The notes: generated from the letters alone by a model not told the origin. A stretch of DNA of 64,000 bases from a bacterium (GCA_021815445.1 JAKAGM010000001.1:787710-851709); one strand, 5' to 3'. Counted from the stretch's first letter, positions 9,569 through 18,713 are shown. Made by a program: numbers and translations.

Positions 9569-10408
9569 ATGACGCATCCGGTCATCCAACACATTCTTGC
9601 ACGGCGCGGAAAGCATGTTCCGCAAAATGACGGCCGAACCATCGGCTTGGTTGCCTACGGCGGGTCGATGTCGGGGGTAATCGGCGGAGGCGCGATGATA
9701 GCACTGGAAGAACTCGGCTTGAGTCACGCATTTGACCATATCATATGCAACTCTGCGGGTTTCGCGAACGCTTCCTATCTTCTCGCGGACTCCACTCATA
9801 TTGGCGCCACCATTTACTTCGAAGAGTGCGCGAGCCGCAAATTTATTAATTTTTTCCGTTTTTGGAACATCGTTGATATCGATTTTCTAATTGACGTCAT
9901 GCGCACAAAAAAAATATTGCACGTTGACCGCATTGCATCGTCTGAAACCAAACTTTATGTCGAGTTACATTCCACTCGGACGCATAAAGAGCAATATCTC
10001 GAAGTACACACCATTCCTCCCGACCACTATTTCGAGATTATGCACGCGGCAACTGCCATCCACTATTTGCACCCCGGCGGCAGTTTCATTAACGGTATCC
10101 CGTACATGGATATCCGGCCGTACACACGTTCCAAACACATCCAACAGGCCCAGGCGCTTGGCTGTACGGATATTCTGGTCATCTACAACCGGATCGACCA
10201 ACAAGGACGAGACGTATCCCCTTCCGAACAGATTGTCGAGGTGCTTCCGGACAAAGATTGGCAGGTAAAGCCGTATGAGCAAAACCCCGAGATCCTGCGT
10301 GCCGGATACCGCAACATGGGCCGGCGGATTAAACAAATTTTTGGAGTTGATGGAGGAATATCGTTTAATATGTTCACGGAAAACGACATAGTCGATGTCC
10401 AGGTTTAA
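9569..10408 (+). CDS. Patatin-like phospholipase domain protein (divergent)
   Basis: GGSMSG glycine loop, CNSAG nucleophile elbow variant, YMD at the position of the catalytic Asp. Confidence 0.7.
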   Translation: MTHPVIQHILARRGKHVPQNDGRTIGLVAYGGSMSGVIGGGAMIALEELGLSHAFDHIICNSAGFANASYLLADSTHIGATIYFEECASRKFINFFRFWNIVDIDFLIDVMRTKKILHVDRIASSETKLYVELHSTRTHKEQYLEVHTIPPDHYFEIMHAATAIHYLHPGGSFINGIPYMDIRPYTRSKHIQQAQALGCTDILVIYNRIDQQGRDVSPSEQIVEVLPDKDWQVKPYEQNPEILRAGYRNMGRRIKQIFGVDGGISFNMFTENDIVDVQV

Positions 10409-10442
10409 ATATTTGCGTGAAAAGTAATCCTATGGTCCAACT

Positions 10443-11237
10443 ATGAAGTTCCCTCGTCCAATTCGCACACTACGAAACAATGTATCGCCAGAAACTATTG
10501 CAAGTCAATTTCTCTTTCACGAATTCCTAAAAATCTTTCGCGACATCAGGGATCCACTCTTTCGACAGAGAATAAAAAGATCAATCTATCGGTTTAAAAA
10601 ACGCGACGGAGAACGCCACTACTGGCAGTTGGTAGCGGCAATTGCAGAGGGGTTGCGCGTCAAATGGGTGTATCGGTTACTTACCGATACGAGCTATAAA
10701 TGGAATCTCGAGGTGAGTGCGATAAAAAACCTCACAATGACTGGTTTTAGCCCGCTGGCAGTTGATAAAATTATACACCGATGCGGCCGTGATTTTTACC
10801 GATTCGCAGACTACTACCGCGCACATCTTCACTTCTTTAAAAAGTACATGCCGAACTTACAGCCGCGCCCCGAACGCGACATGCACCCCGTTTTCGTATT
10901 TTGGGATTCAGGGCAGAGACGACTGCGACTCTTTGACGGCATGCGACGCACAACGCTTGCCGCAATACACGGCAAAAAAACTATTAAGGCATTCGTCGGC
11001 TATCCCGTTAGAAAAGGCAAGTCCATGGTTAATGACGACAAGATTCACTTTTTCAAACTTTTATACAGAAATTCTTCAAAAGATGCCGCCACATTCAGGG
11101 CATTCACACGCGTGGGTAAAGAGATTGTAAAACAATCCCGCAACAGCGTAGAAGTGTTTACAACGACACTTAAGCCTTGGTCGGATATCCATGAAAAAAA
11201 ACTCACAAAGGCAATTATCGACAAAAGGGGGAGATAA
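10443..11237 (+). CDS. Hypothetical protein with ParB/Srx-like motif
   Basis: PVFVFW...LRLFDGMRRTTLA resembles the ParB-N DG.HR motif. Confidence 0.5.
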   Translation: MKFPRPIRTLRNNVSPETIASQFLFHEFLKIFRDIRDPLFRQRIKRSIYRFKKRDGERHYWQLVAAIAEGLRVKWVYRLLTDTSYKWNLEVSAIKNLTMTGFSPLAVDKIIHRCGRDFYRFADYYRAHLHFFKKYMPNLQPRPERDMHPVFVFWDSGQRRLRLFDGMRRTTLAAIHGKKTIKAFVGYPVRKGKSMVNDDKIHFFKLLYRNSSKDAATFRAFTRVGKEIVKQSRNSVEVFTTTLKPWSDIHEKKLTKAIIDKRGR

Positions 11238-11553
11238 TTTTTACCATCGCATTTACGGAATGGTAAAAGTAATTCCACCGGGTAAAGTCGCTACCTACGG
11301 TCAGATCGCCGCGCTTGCCGGATCTCCCCGCGGCGCCCGGATGGTGGGATGGGCGCTCCATGTACTCAGTGATGAACAACTCGTACATACTCCCTGGCAC
11401 CGCGTTATTAACCGCGAGGGACGGATTAGCACAACCTGTTTCGAACACACCTGCGACGAGCAAGCATTGCTTCTTAAAAAAGAGGGTGTTATAGTACGAA
11501 AAAGCAAAGGTAACTACTGGATTGACTTAAAACAGTTTCAGTGGAAAGTGTAG
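11191..11553 (+). CDS. Alkyltransferase-like (ATL/YbaZ, MGMT family) protein
   Basis: IPPGKVATYGQIA..AG.PRGARMVG and PWHRV (Trp in place of the catalytic Cys = ATL type). Confidence 0.9.
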   Translation: MKKNSQRQLSTKGGDNFYHRIYGMVKVIPPGKVATYGQIAALAGSPRGARMVGWALHVLSDEQLVHTPWHRVINREGRISTTCFEHTCDEQALLLKKEGVIVRKSKGNYWIDLKQFQWKV

Positions 11554-11567
11554 ATATAAGAATGCGG

Positions 11568-11638
11568 GCGGGTATCGTATAATGGTAATACCACAGCTTT
11601 CCAAGCTGTTGCCGGGGGTTCGATTCCCCCTACCCGCT
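11568..11638 (+). tRNA. tRNA-Gly(TCC)
   Basis: GCGGGTA acceptor pairs with TACCCGC; anticodon arm ACAGC-TTTCCAA-GCTGT; GGTTCGATTCC T arm. Confidence 0.95.
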
Positions 11639-11792
11639 AATCAGCCTTACCAATAACTTTATAATATTCCCTGCCCACAGATCCCTTCAGACCAAGATGT
11701 TGGGGAAATCGAAGGACAGAAGTGAGCAAGGAATGAAATGACGAAGCGAACGTCGGCGGGGTGCCGGTGGCACGCCGCCGCTGTCCAGGACC

Positions 11793-12063
11793 CGATTCCC
11801 CCTACCCGCTTTGTGGATCCAAATAATTCTACTGTTTCTTTAGTTGCGAGAGTACTAGCCGAAGATAGAGAATCGAAGGGGTGCGAACGGGGCAGAGCGA
11901 CTCAACTGCTTGAGTCGCGGCCGTGAGCACGGGTCGATCATGTTCTGAAGGAACGCGAGACCCAGGGAGAGTATGCATATACCACGCTGCCCAGGAAACG
12001 ATTCTTGAGTTCGATAAAATCTAACGGAACGAGACCCCGTTGAATAGCGGGACCCTACCCGCT
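11793..12063 (+). repeat. Two downstream direct repeats of the tRNA-Gly(TCC) 3' end
   Basis: CGATTCCCCCTACCCGCT at 11793-11810 equals 11621-11638; CCCTACCCGCT at 12053-12063. Confidence 0.85.
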
Positions 12064-12288
12064 CAGCGAATTTGCTCGCTGAGCGAGGCTCGCTACAAGC
12101 GTTAATTAATTCTACTCTCTTGAATATGTGCCCGAAAGAAATGGCATCTGTTTTGTTGGTATTTGGTTAAGTTTGAAATACATCCTTCGACTGACAATTT
12201 ATTAAATTTATCTGAATTATTTGTGAATATTAATTGACAAAAAGCTGTTTTTTTGCTATACTGCATACATAATAAATAAATAAAAACT

Positions 12289-13767
12289 ATGTCCGACAAT
12301 ACTATCCAACAATGGCTTGCCCAAGCTCGAGCGGCCGGTTTTTCTGATGTGCAAATTACTGCACAGCTGAAACAGCAAGGCTGGGGCGATGATCAAATTC
12401 AAAAACTGGTTGGCGGCGCAACGTCACCTTCGGTAGCAACAGTTACCGATAGGAATCAAGTCGTTCCCTCTGATACTATTCCAGATGTACTGGCGTTATT
12501 TAAGCAAGCATGGGAAATATACAAATCCCGTATCGGAGCATTTGTTGTTATCGGCCTTATTTTTCTTTTCATAGAGGGACTATTGTACTTTGTGAGCTTC
12601 TTACTTGTCGGCGGAACTGCCGTGCTTGGCATCGCTTCATCCGCTACAGTATTTAAGGGCAACACGACTGCACAAATAGCCACCAGCGTTCTTGCTATCA
12701 GTTTCGCTTCCGTAGCTGTTACGGTAATTTTCGGTTTTTTCCTCGCTTGGGTGTGGTCAGCGTTGATCCATACAATTCACACATACAAAGAAAAGATTGA
12801 CCTCGGCACGATAATGTCCCGGGCGTTTAAGACGATGATTCCGCTTTGGTGGGTTTCAATGCTGTTGAGCTTTTTTGTCTCAGGTGCGAGTTTTCTGCTT
12901 TTTATTCCCGGCATCATTTTTGCCGTTTGGTTTTCAAATGCGCTTTTCTTGCCCGTCACTGAAGGTACGCGCGGCATGCAGTCACTGCTGAGAAGCAAAG
13001 AATATGTTCGAGGCGCTTGGTGGGGAGTGCTGGGCCGCCAGCTCGCCTTTGGATTGCTGGTCGGTGCGGCTTTCTTCGGCTTATTCCTCGTTTTAGGCCT
13101 GGGGACGATTTTTCTCCGTAATACTGCCGGAGCTATCGGGGCCATGGCGTCCATAGCGGTAACATTTGTCTACCTTGCAATTACTGCGCTCGTCATGCCT
13201 TTCGGACTTTGCTATTCATATGCTCTTTACAGCGGTTTAAGGGCATATAAAGCACGGGCTGCTATCGATACACAGCAAACAAAGAAAGCCGGGCTGATTA
13301 TCACAGCAATTGCGGGATGGCTGGTCATTCCTTTAATAGGAATTGGAATTGTTGCGTTTGTTACCAGCATGACTAACTCATTCCTGCCTGCATCGACTGG
13401 ATCAAATAATCTTTTTAACTCAAACAGCTCATACAACTTCAATACCAATAGTTTGAATAATACAAACAACAGTACAACGAGCGCAGGAAACAATGACCAA
13501 AGAAAAGCTGACCTCAATACCATTTCTGCCGCACTGGTGAAGTATTTCAATCAGCATTCCGCATATCCCACGGCCCTAACAGATATTGCGACATTGCTTC
13601 CAAACAGCAAGGTGCCCGCCGATCCATCTGATAATACGAGTTATTATTACTACATGAATTCCGACGGGACATTCGATCTCTGCGCGCTGCTAGATGATCC
13701 AACGACATACGTCAAGGAATACTGTATAAAGGGTGCCGCTGATGGAACGATCGCCATTCAACAGTAG
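12289..13767 (+). CDS. Multi-TM membrane protein with C-terminal pilin/GspG-like domain
   Basis: About 7 TMs, Asn-rich linker, DQRKADLNTISAALVKYF..HSAYP pseudopilin-like helix, P.DP motif and Cys pair. Confidence 0.7.
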   Translation: MSDNTIQQWLAQARAAGFSDVQITAQLKQQGWGDDQIQKLVGGATSPSVATVTDRNQVVPSDTIPDVLALFKQAWEIYKSRIGAFVVIGLIFLFIEGLLYFVSFLLVGGTAVLGIASSATVFKGNTTAQIATSVLAISFASVAVTVIFGFFLAWVWSALIHTIHTYKEKIDLGTIMSRAFKTMIPLWWVSMLLSFFVSGASFLLFIPGIIFAVWFSNALFLPVTEGTRGMQSLLRSKEYVRGAWWGVLGRQLAFGLLVGAAFFGLFLVLGLGTIFLRNTAGAIGAMASIAVTFVYLAITALVMPFGLCYSYALYSGLRAYKARAAIDTQQTKKAGLIITAIAGWLVIPLIGIGIVAFVTSMTNSFLPASTGSNNLFNSNSSYNFNTNSLNNTNNSTTSAGNNDQRKADLNTISAALVKYFNQHSAYPTALTDIATLLPNSKVPADPSDNTSYYYYMNSDGTFDLCALLDDPTTYVKEYCIKGAADGTIAIQQ

Positions 13768-13801
13768 TGCGTAACATAGACACAGGATTCATCATAGGAT
13801 C

Positions 13802-13834
13802 AAAAAACCGCTGGACTACTCCAGCAGTTTTTTT
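13802..13834. terminator. Bidirectional intrinsic terminator
   Basis: AAAAAACCGCTGGA-CTAC-TCCAGCAGTTTTTT between convergent genes. Confidence 0.7.
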
Positions 13835-13841
13835 ATAGTAG

Positions 13842-14081
13842 TTACTTCTGCATTCCTGACGGAGGCTGGCTCTGCGCTCCGGGTATCTGACCCGCCCCGC
13901 CGTGCATCCTTCCGCCCCGCATCAACATCCTGAGCCCCACGAGAATCACCAAAACCGGAAACAGCCACTTCGCTATACCTCCGTGGAGGATTCCGTAATT
14001 ATTGAGCAGCCACAATACCCCGAGAATGACCACTAGGAGTCCAAGAAACATTTTTCCGCCTCTTTGCTCTCTCATCATCAT
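13842..14081 (-). CDS. Small 2-TM protein (LiaI/LiaF-like, DUF5668-like)
   Basis: AAAGGAGGTG SD before ATG 14081; GLLVVILGVLWLLNNYG..WLFPVLVILVG pattern. Confidence 0.7.
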   Translation of the reverse strand: MMMREQRGGKMFLGLLVVILGVLWLLNNYGILHGGIAKWLFPVLVILVGLRMLMRGGRMHGGAGQIPGAQSQPPSGMQK

Positions 14082-14259
14082 CGAAATCACCTCCTTTCGT
14101 AGGTAACTGTACCGCCGATAGGTTTTTTCGACAAGAAACGTGTTGCAGGAGCCGCTCTTGACATATTTTCCCGTTGTGATAAGATGCTCGGTCAACCTCC
14201 CAAACCCCAATAAATAGGGAGGTTTTTGAATAGGACAATATCTTCACATCCTCACCCAA

Positions 14260-14751
14260 ATGACTACAAATCGGCGCACAAGACGAAAAATAGCATACAT
14301 GCTCAAGATCGTGTCTGTCATCGTTGTCTGGGAGTTTGCCTTCCCGGGACACGCAGTAGCCTATGAGCAACCCGCCGTTATCGCGCCCGCAGAAACGAAG
14401 TCTGCCGAGGTAACGCATACCAATAGATTGCCTCACAGTCCGGATAAGCCCCGGGAAGTCGCTCGACGCGTGACTCGTATCACTATCACAGCGTATTCTT
14501 CGACCCGCGACCAGACAGATAGTGACCCGTTCACTACAGCTTCCGGAACTAAAGTTCGTGACGGAGTCATTGCCGCGAATTTCCTCCCGATTGGAACACG
14601 TGTTCGCATCCCGGAATATTTCGGCGACAAAGTGTTCGTCGTCGAAGACCGCATGAGCGCACGTCACTGGAATATGGCGGATATCTGGATGAGCTCACGC
14701 AATCAGGCAAAACAATGGGGTGCAAGGTATACAAAATTAGAAATACTTTAA
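14260..14751 (+). CDS. 3D-domain (MltA-like) cell-wall protein
   Basis: TAYSSTRDQTDSDPFTTASG, AANFLPIGT, VEDR, DIW motifs. Confidence 0.85.
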   Translation: MTTNRRTRRKIAYMLKIVSVIVVWEFAFPGHAVAYEQPAVIAPAETKSAEVTHTNRLPHSPDKPREVARRVTRITITAYSSTRDQTDSDPFTTASGTKVRDGVIAANFLPIGTRVRIPEYFGDKVFVVEDRMSARHWNMADIWMSSRNQAKQWGARYTKLEIL

Positions 14752-14813
14752 TTCATCAATAAAGGGCCCCGAGAATACCGGGGCTCTTTTGCATTGTAGA
14801 GAGATTACTGTCC

Positions 14814-15602
14814 TTAGTAATTCCTTACGGAGGAGATTGAGACGATTATCGCGAAGATAACTACCAAAACACCAAGCGCCTGTAATGCAAGAAAAACAAT
14901 TGCCCACGGCACCCATTTCTTTTGAGACTCTTTAAATTTTTCCACACTCGGCCACTGCTTTGCCTGCCACGCCCATTCGTTGCCTTTGATCCCAAGCACG
15001 ATCCACCAGAAGATGTTCACGATCGGGACCATAGTGAGCAGAGAGATCCACACATTATAGTATATTCCCCAAATCCATGTGAGCATAGATGCTCCCCAAT
15101 TCCATCCGCTGATTTCACTCGGCAACACCGACAAACTGCCTTTCCCGGATCGTTCATCATAACCTTCTGTAATGACGGGACTTTTTTGCACCAAAAAAAT
15201 TATGCCAAGTGGTACAAAAACAAAAATACCCAGGACTGCCAGTAGCCCAATTAAACCGAGAAGCCATTGAATAATATTTATCGTTGAATTTGAAATGTCG
15301 GCTTGCTGGGCTAAAAAAATAACCACTGCCCAAGCGATCAGAGTAAGGACAAGGACAGCAAATGGAAGACAAATAAATAAAATGCCCAATCTTTTGTGCT
15401 TTGATGCAACCGCATATGTAGCGCCTGTGCCCGACATCGGCTGACTGCCGCCCGGAGCAGGTCTCAGGGAAGAATAACCAGTAAGCTGAAATATCTGTCC
15501 ATCGTCCCAGCCCTGTTGTTTGAGCTGGGCGGCAATTTGTACATCAGGAAGACCGGCTGCTCGAGCCTGGGCTAGCCATTGTTGGATAGTATTTTCGGAC
15601 AT
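14814..15602 (-). CDS. Membrane protein with WNWGA domain; N-terminus shared with the 12289 gene
   Basis: GWNWGA..LTWIWGI, LGIKGNEWAW..K.W.SVE.F..SQKKW motifs; first 40 aa near-identical to the 12289 ORF. Confidence 0.7.
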   Translation of the reverse strand: MSENTIQQWLAQARAAGLPDVQIAAQLKQQGWDDGQIFQLTGYSSLRPAPGGSQPMSGTGATYAVASKHKRLGILFICLPFAVLVLTLIAWAVVIFLAQQADISNSTINIIQWLLGLIGLLAVLGIFVFVPLGIIFLVQKSPVITEGYDERSGKGSLSVLPSEISGWNWGASMLTWIWGIYYNVWISLLTMVPIVNIFWWIVLGIKGNEWAWQAKQWPSVEKFKESQKKWVPWAIVFLALQALGVLVVIFAIIVSISSVRNY

Positions 15603-15755
15603 AGTTTTATTTGGTTATTATACGTTTAGTATAGCAAAAAAAATTGACTTTTGTCGATGCACCCACAAACTACATTTGAAGATTTTGCTTTTTGTAAAAC
15701 AAAAAGACGAGTTATGAACTCGCTCTTGTCGGTACGTGTTACCCGTCGCTATAAA

Positions 15756-16160
15756 TTAATGACTTAGAATCAGCTTGAGCCCCAAGGATTTCAATACTTT
15801 TCTAGCCCCAGGCAGTTTCTCCTTTTTCACCATCACATAATCCTTTGAGTATGTTGATATGATAAGAATGTTCGTCCCCTTTTCTGCAAGAGCCTTACTT
15901 ATCGCTGCCAGGAAACCCACTGAATAAAAAGGGATTGAAACATTAAGCGCAATCAAAGCGTAGACGTCCCTGTTCTTCTCAATGAGACTCAAACCTTGAA
16001 AATTCTGCGTCACAACAGTAATTTCGTCTTGGTCGATGCTCAGCATAAAGAAATCATGTTTCTTGGGCACAGACTTAACCTTTGCATAAACAAAGTCCCC
16101 ATTCACTACATTGAATGTGCTCTCCTGAATAATTTTCTTAAGGTCTTTGTCCTGTTCCAT
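15756..16160 (-). CDS. ACT-domain protein (CASTOR/DUF2241-like)
   Basis: DEITVV, VGFLAAISKALAE.G.NI..ISTYSKDYVMV; likely start ATG 16160. Confidence 0.8.
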   Translation of the reverse strand: MEQDKDLKKIIQESTFNVVNGDFVYAKVKSVPKKHDFFMLSIDQDEITVVTQNFQGLSLIEKNRDVYALIALNVSIPFYSVGFLAAISKALAEKGTNILIISTYSKDYVMVKKEKLPGARKVLKSLGLKLILSH

Positions 16161-16168
16161 ATTGATCG

Positions 16169-16236
16169 TGGTGGGCCAGGTGGGAGTCGTCCGGTCATTC
16201 GACCGGACGCCCCGTCGCATGACGGGGCGAACCCAT
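16169..16236 (-). pseudogene. tRNA 3' fragment (T arm + acceptor + CCA) with a double-hairpin insert in the T loop
   Basis: Minus strand reads ATGGGTTCG[CCCCGTCATGCGACGGGGCGTCCGGTCGAATGACCGGA]CGACTCCCACCTGGCCCACCA; no 5' half nearby. Confidence 0.65.
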
Positions 16237-16277
16237 AATACTCACACCTGTTGTGCCGAACCAATGATTTACCTTTT

Positions 16278-16361
16278 TGCCGCCGGTCGGACTCGAACCG
16301 ACAAGGCCTTGCGACCGAGGGATTTTAAGTCCCTTGTGTATACCAATTCCACCACGGCGGC
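16278..16361 (-). tRNA. tRNA-Leu(TAA)
   Basis: GCCGCCG acceptor, AGGGA-CTTAAAA-TCCCT anticodon arm, long variable arm, GGTTCGAGTCC. Confidence 0.95.
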
Positions 16362-16369
16362 ATCTGTAT

Positions 16370-17461
16370 CTATAGTTTTCTCACACTACCACCCGTTCCG
16401 TCAACTTCGACGGTATCACCATCATGAAGTATCGAGGTCGCATCTTTTGTATTCACTACACAGGGTATTTTGAGCTCGCGGGCCATGATTGCAGGATGCG
16501 AGGTAAGACCTCCGAAGTCAGTAATGATAGCAGCAACTTTCCCAAAAATAGGTAAAAACTCGGGGGTGGTGATATGCGCGATAAGCACGTCGCCCTGCCG
16601 AACTTTAGGAAAGTCGTCTGAAGATTTGACAACGACGGCGCGACCATGGGCAATTCCTTGAGACGCACCAAGACCTTTCAGAATAGCATCGGGAGAACTC
16701 GTCGGCCGGGTTGATGTTTCAAGCTTCTGGGCTAAGTTATTCATCAAGCGCGAGGTGGTAAAGTCGATAAACCGGTATCCCACTCCGCCGGTGTAAAAGA
16801 TAAATTCAAAGTAGCCTTTGACGAAACCTGCATCGTTGACGGAGAAAGGCAGTTTGCGTCCTTTGGCGTCGAGGAAGCGCACGGCGGCGTAGATAATCCG
16901 TTGATCTGCATTCAGGGCGGAGGAAGCGGGAAAAGCTTTGAGATCAACTTGCTCAGCATGTAAGGCATTCTTTGGGTCAGAAGTACCTTGAGTCAGCGCT
17001 GACGGTTCACCGCGCTTCCATTCTACATACACGCTGGTATCGGTAATGAGAAAAATACCGCTATACTCGGCTCGGTGGTTTTCCCAAATACTGAGCTTGT
17101 ACATCTGAGGAGAAGGCGTGAGCGAACGGGTGAATTCAATACATTCCTGTTGCGATACGCCGTGCTTGCGGACACGGTGCAGGGTTTTAGCATGCTCATC
17201 TTTCGGCTCAGCTTTGATGGAAAAACGGTCGGACTTCGCAGCCGCAAAAAAGTCCTTGAACTTTTTTGTCTGATTCAAAATATCGTCGGCAGAGAAATGC
17301 GTGTGTTCATCGATAGGCAAACCGAGAACATCGCGCAACGTATGGAGACGTGGCCACTTGTTGAGATCCTGGTCTATAAGGTCCTGAATGTCGTCAGGCG
17401 ATACTTTTGGATTAGCGGCACGCAAGCCTTGCAGCCACTCGGTCATGGAAAATGTTTTCAT
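16370..17461 (-). CDS. Protein with C-terminal PEP-utilising mobile (phosphohistidine) domain
   Basis: LKGLGASQG, TTPEF, TDFGGLTSHPAIMARELKIPCVV, VDGTGG; N-terminus unrecognised. Confidence 0.8.
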   Translation of the reverse strand: MKTFSMTEWLQGLRAANPKVSPDDIQDLIDQDLNKWPRLHTLRDVLGLPIDEHTHFSADDILNQTKKFKDFFAAAKSDRFSIKAEPKDEHAKTLHRVRKHGVSQQECIEFTRSLTPSPQMYKLSIWENHRAEYSGIFLITDTSVYVEWKRGEPSALTQGTSDPKNALHAEQVDLKAFPASSALNADQRIIYAAVRFLDAKGRKLPFSVNDAGFVKGYFEFIFYTGGVGYRFIDFTTSRLMNNLAQKLETSTRPTSSPDAILKGLGASQGIAHGRAVVVKSSDDFPKVRQGDVLIAHITTPEFLPIFGKVAAIITDFGGLTSHPAIMARELKIPCVVNTKDATSILHDGDTVEVDGTGGSVRKL

Positions 17462-17540
17462 ATGTTACTACTATACCATTTTAAACGCAACCGTATCCAC
17501 TACTGGTACGGGTATGGAAATTGTGTATTGGAGTTGGGGG

Positions 17541-17570
17541 GACGGGATTTCCCTTCGGGCCGGGGCTCAC
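17541..17570 (-). repeat. Cassette-boundary repeat R1 (tRNA-Gly(GCC) 3'-end derived)
   Basis: + strand GACGGGATTTCCCTTCGGGCCGGGGCTCAC, 29/30 identical to the copies at 18684 and 19268. Confidence 0.9.
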
Positions 17571-17634
17571 AATCGCATATATACAGCATAAAAAAACCTC
17601 AAACTTACGTCTGGTGTGTAGTAAAAAATGTTAC

Positions 17635-18288
17635 TTAACCAATACTTCGGCGACGACTACTAGACTTCTGTTCGATTCGTCTATAAAACAATGCACCTAC
17701 AGTAAGAAATAGTCCTATGAAGGTTGCTTGAGGAATTGTTCCTAGAAATGCTCCCATAAATGCTACTAGTAAGTTGGAGCTAGATACTACAGCAAGTCCA
17801 CCAAAGGTGAGGGTTCCCAAAGTAATAACTATCACTAGGGTAACGAGTATGTAATCACGTAAGTGGTAAAGTTTTGACAGCGCCCTACAATACACTAAAG
17901 CCAGGCTTAGCCCTAAGATAGCGATAATAGCCATGAAAGGCCAGAACCAATCGGCGCCTCCTGTATTGCTTGCACTGCTCGACATATTATTATTCATACT
18001 TCCAAATCCCAGGATATATGGGACAAGCATGAAGAGAAGTAATCCTTCATATAGGAGACCCGGGGGCAAAATGAGTCGCCAGGTTGTATGAAAAAATCCA
18101 AGATGGGTGTGGTTATATTTTTGTGCAAGTTTTTCTGGGTCGCCAAGATCAAGAGCTTGAGATTTACCAACTTCTATTTCTTCAGTGTGCTGACAAATCT
18201 CGGTAATAATTTCTTTCCGCAAAGTACCGCCTACTAAAAGTGCTTGTTCAAAGCGTTCAAGAAAATCTTTACTGCTCATGGGTAGCAT
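17635..18288 (-). CDS. Membrane protein, PadR-associated (HAAS-like N-terminus, 4 TMs)
   Basis: RKEIITEICQH..E....LGDPEKLAQ pattern followed by TMs; coupled to padR. Confidence 0.7.
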   Translation of the reverse strand: MLPMSSKDFLERFEQALLVGGTLRKEIITEICQHTEEIEVGKSQALDLGDPEKLAQKYNHTHLGFFHTTWRLILPPGLLYEGLLLFMLVPYILGFGSMNNNMSSSASNTGGADWFWPFMAIIAILGLSLALVYCRALSKLYHLRDYILVTLVIVITLGTLTFGGLAVVSSSNLLVAFMGAFLGTIPQATFIGLFLTVGALFYRRIEQKSSSRRRSIG

Positions 18289-18601
18289 TTTGAACCAAAG
18301 TATTAATGGTTTTTTGAAAAGTGAACCAATCTTTCTTTCGCGCGATTAACCCTCTTCTACCGCGCTTTGTAACTTCATACACACGACGATTCTTATTATC
18401 GATTTCCCTCCATCTACTAGTAATTAGACCTTCATGCTCAAGCTTGTGAAGCAATGGATACAACATACCTACGCCAAACCTAAACATATCGGGCATAGTA
18501 GAGACTAGCTTTTTTGAGAGTGCGTAGCCATGCATTGGCTCCCCGGCAAGTAACGATAGAATAAGTAACTCGGAATTTCCTTTAAGTAATTCTTTGTTCA
18601 T
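18269..18601 (-). CDS. PadR family transcriptional regulator
   Basis: ELLKGN.ELLILSLL..PMHGY, GMLYPLLHKLE.EGLI.S.W, RRVYEVT.RG. Confidence 0.92.
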   Translation of the reverse strand: MNKELLKGNSELLILSLLAGEPMHGYALSKKLVSTMPDMFRFGVGMLYPLLHKLEHEGLITSRWREIDNKNRRVYEVTKRGRRGLIARKKDWFTFQKTINTLVQNATHEQ

Positions 18602-18610
18602 TTTATGAAG

Positions 18611-18629
18611 TATATCGTATTACGATATA
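18611..18629. promoter_or_regulatory. Putative PadR operator palindrome
   Basis: Perfect inverted repeat TATATCGTA-T-TACGATATA about 10 nt upstream of the padR ATG. Confidence 0.65.
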
Positions 18630-18683
18630 ATAGTACTCTAAAAAGCCACCATTGGCAATAGTGGGCTTGTGGACATCTTTTAG

Positions 18684-18713
18684 GACGGGATTCCCCTTCG
18701 GGCCGGGGCTCAC
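18684..18713 (-). repeat. Cassette-boundary repeat R2
   Basis: + strand GACGGGATTCCCCTTCGGGCCGGGGCTCAC, identical to 19268-19297. Confidence 0.9.

Noticed and set aside
16169-16260. tmRNA 3' end
   Set aside because: The acceptor strand CTGGCCC-ACCA lacks the U70 needed for Ala identity, and no 5' GGGG..GAC domain or tag ORF is present
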